In this document: positions 61,865-64,000 of the stretch, piece by piece
How the letters are laid out: each line of letters starts with the position of its first letter
How positions within the stretch are numbered: the stretch's first letter is position 1
Position numbers and translations under genes: made by a program
The notes under the pieces: generated by a model
The model's input: the letters and a program-made list of their open reading frames with translations, nothing else
Told to the model about the DNA's origin: nothing
Database searches by the model: none
Assembly: GCA_002269645.1 (NCBI GenBank)
Contig: NIVC01000239.1
Span: 126,531-190,530, forward strand
DNA from: Macrostomum lignano
Lineage: Eukaryota
Direction of reading: 5' to 3'
DNA: 64,000 nucleotides

Positions 61865-63305
61865 GAAGGTGACGGCCCAGACACTGAGGATCTGAGAGGC
61901 TGGCCCAGCAATTGAGGATCTGGAGACTGGCCAAGCAATTGAGGATCTGGGAGGCTGGCCCAGCAAATGAGGATCTGAGAGGCTGGCCCAGCAACTGAGG
62001 ATCTGGGAGACTGGCCAAGCAATTGAGGATCTGGGAGGCTGGCCCAGCAATTGAGGATCTGAGAGGCTGGCCCAGCAACTGAGGATCTGGGAGACTGGCC
62101 AAGCAATTGAGGATCTGGGAGGCTGGCCAGCAACTGAGGATCTGGGAGGCTGGCCCAGCAATTGAGGATCTGGGAGGCTGGCCAGCAACTGAGGATCTGG
62201 GAGGCTGGCCAGCAATTGAGGATCTGAGAGGCTGGCCCAGCAATTGAGGATCTGGGAGACTGGCCAAGCAATTGAGGATCTGGGAGGCTGGCCCAGCAAC
62301 TGAGGATCTGGGAGGCTGGCCCAGCAATTGAGGATCTGGGAGGCTGGCCCAGCAACTGAGGATCTGGGAGGCTGGCCCAGCAACTGAGGATCTGGGAGGC
62401 TGGCCCAGCAACTGAGGATCTGGGAGGCTGGCCCAGCAATTGAGGATCGGGGAGGCTGGCCCAGCAACTGAGGATCTGGGAGGCTGGACAACAAATGAGG
62501 ATCTAGGAGGCTAGCCCAAACACTGAGGATCTGGGAGGCTGGCCCAGCAACTGAGGATCTGGGAGGCTGGACAACAAATGAGGATCTGGGAGGCTAGCCC
62601 AAACACTGAGGATCTGGGAGGCTGGCCCAGCAACTGAGGATCTGGGAGGCTGGACAACAAATGAGGATCTGGGAGGCTAGCCCAAACACTGAGGATCTGG
62701 GAGGCTGGCCAGCAACTGAGGATCTGGGAGGCTGGACAACAAATGAGAATCTGGGAGGCTAGCCCAAACACTGAGGATCTGGAGGCTGGCCCAGCAACTG
62801 AGGATCTGGGAGGCTGGCCCAGCAACTGAGGATCTGGGAGGCTGGCCCAGCAACTGAGGATCTGGGAGGCTGGCCCAGCAATTGAGGATCGGGGAGGCTG
62901 GCCCAGCAACTGAGGATCTGGGAGGCTGGACAACAAATGAGGATCTAGGAGGCTAGCCCAAACACTGAGGATCTGGGAGGCTGGCCCAGCAACTGAGGAT
63001 CTGGGAGGCTGGACAACAAATGAGGATCTGGGAGGCTAGCCCAAACACTGAGGATCTGGGAGGCTGGCCCAGCAACTGAGGATCTGGGAGGCTGGACAAC
63101 AAATGAGGATCTGGGAGGCTAGCCCAAACACTGAGGATCTGGGAGGCTGGCCCAGCAACTGAGGATCTGGGAGGCTGGACAACAAATGAGAATCTGGGAG
63201 GCTAGCCCAAACACTGAGGATCTGGGAGGCTGGCCCAGCAACTGAGGATCTGGGAGGCTGGCCCAGCAACTGAGGATCTGGGAGGCTGGCCCATCAACTG
63301 AGGAT
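61865..63305. repeat. 28-bp minisatellite GAGGATCTGGGAGGCTGGCCCAGCAACT with compound variants
   Basis: ~50 tandem copies. Confidence 0.95.
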
Positions 63306-63360
63306 CTGGTAGGGTGGCGGATAAACCTGGCAGAAAAATCTGCCCCCAACCAGCTCAGAA

Positions 63361-64000
63361 TCAATCATTCCGTCCGGCAATAACGCCTTCGCGTCCCGTC
63401 GAACTGACCACATGTAGATAGTTGGCGCCCATTGTGCAGTCTCTCGTGCTGGCCAGCAGCTCTCGAGAATTGAAACCGGCATGGCAGAGTCCGCAATGAA
63501 ACGAATAGCTGGCTCCGCACACGTTGGATTCCGTCGAATGACAGCGACGGCAGTGCTTGCTCAGGCCGGACGGGCTGGTGTAGACCCGGCAGCACAGGCC
63601 GCATCGGTATCTGGGCCGCTGGGTCAACGGCAGATGCGACTGCTGGTGCAGCTGACAGTTGCGAGAATTTGTAAACGTCCTATCGCACAGCCGACAGGTG
63701 AACATCCGACACCTGTCCCGGCTGTTAGTTGCTGCTGTTGATGAGGAATGAATCGAAGACCGACTTTGATGAAGTGGCAAAGGGAGCTGAGGATGCCGAA
63801 GCAGGGCAGGCGGCGGTGGCGACGGCAGCTGAGGGCTCAGACGACAAGCTGGCAGGCGTAAGCCGACACGGTGGAATTCGAGGAGGCCGGACTGGGGCGG
63901 CAGCTGGAAAAAGTGGCCGCAGCAATGCCTCCAGCAGCCGCCGACGCCGCCGTTGCCTCTTCGGCGTCGGCCAGAATGACGCAGACAGCGTCGTCCGTCT
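63361..64000 (-). CDS. C2H2 zinc-finger protein, 5'-partial, with a probable frameshift in the third finger
   Basis: FTCRLCDRTFTNSRNCQLHQQSH, YRCGLCCRVYTSPSGLSKHCRRCH, FHCGLCHAGFNSRELLA + QHERLH (completed only with +1 base at 63451-63452). Confidence 0.8.
   Translation of the reverse strand, partial: DGRRCLRHSGRRRRGNGGVGGCWRHCCGHFFQLPPQSGLLEFHRVGLRLPACRLSPQLPSPPPPALLRHPQLPLPLHQSRSSIHSSSTAATNSRDRCRMFTCRLCDRTFTNSRNCQLHQQSHLPLTQRPRYRCGLCCRVYTSPSGLSKHCRRCHSTESNVCGASYSFHCGLCHAGFNSRELLASTRDCTMGANYLHVVSSTGREGVIAGRND

Overview
Eukaryotic (invertebrate) genomic DNA: GC-rich exons, GT-AG introns, and many unrelated minisatellites and transposons. The style suggests a free-living flatworm such as Macrostomum (inference only). 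Host genes: 6-phosphogluconate dehydrogenase (PGD, 5 exons in window, exon 1 absent), a DeSI/PPPDE peptidase, peptidyl-tRNA hydrolase 2, a universal stress protein, an ACL4-like TPR protein, exportin-2/CSE1L (6 exons), a 2-TM ORF nested antisense in CSE1L intron 3, and a partial C2H2 zinc-finger gene at the right edge. Bases 1 to ~10150 are a CACTA/EnSpm-type element. Its transposase is cut by a complete mariner (7016-8333) and a non-autonomous Helitron (3552-6661), and removing both restores the frame at each junction. A second ORF of this element, missed by the ORF track, starts with a CIDE-N-like domain. A second CACTA-like element (39746-44409; 13-bp TIR, 3-bp TSD, ~2 kb of inverted subterminal repeats) carries only a BEN-domain-like gene. 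Also present: MITEs, hAT/Crypton/Harbinger remnants and a SINE-like repeat. 9 of 11 host introns contain their own tandem array. Several -1 frameshifts in short homopolymers look like assembly errors. No rRNA, intact tRNA or CRISPR array was found. All alignments were done by eye; no database search was run.
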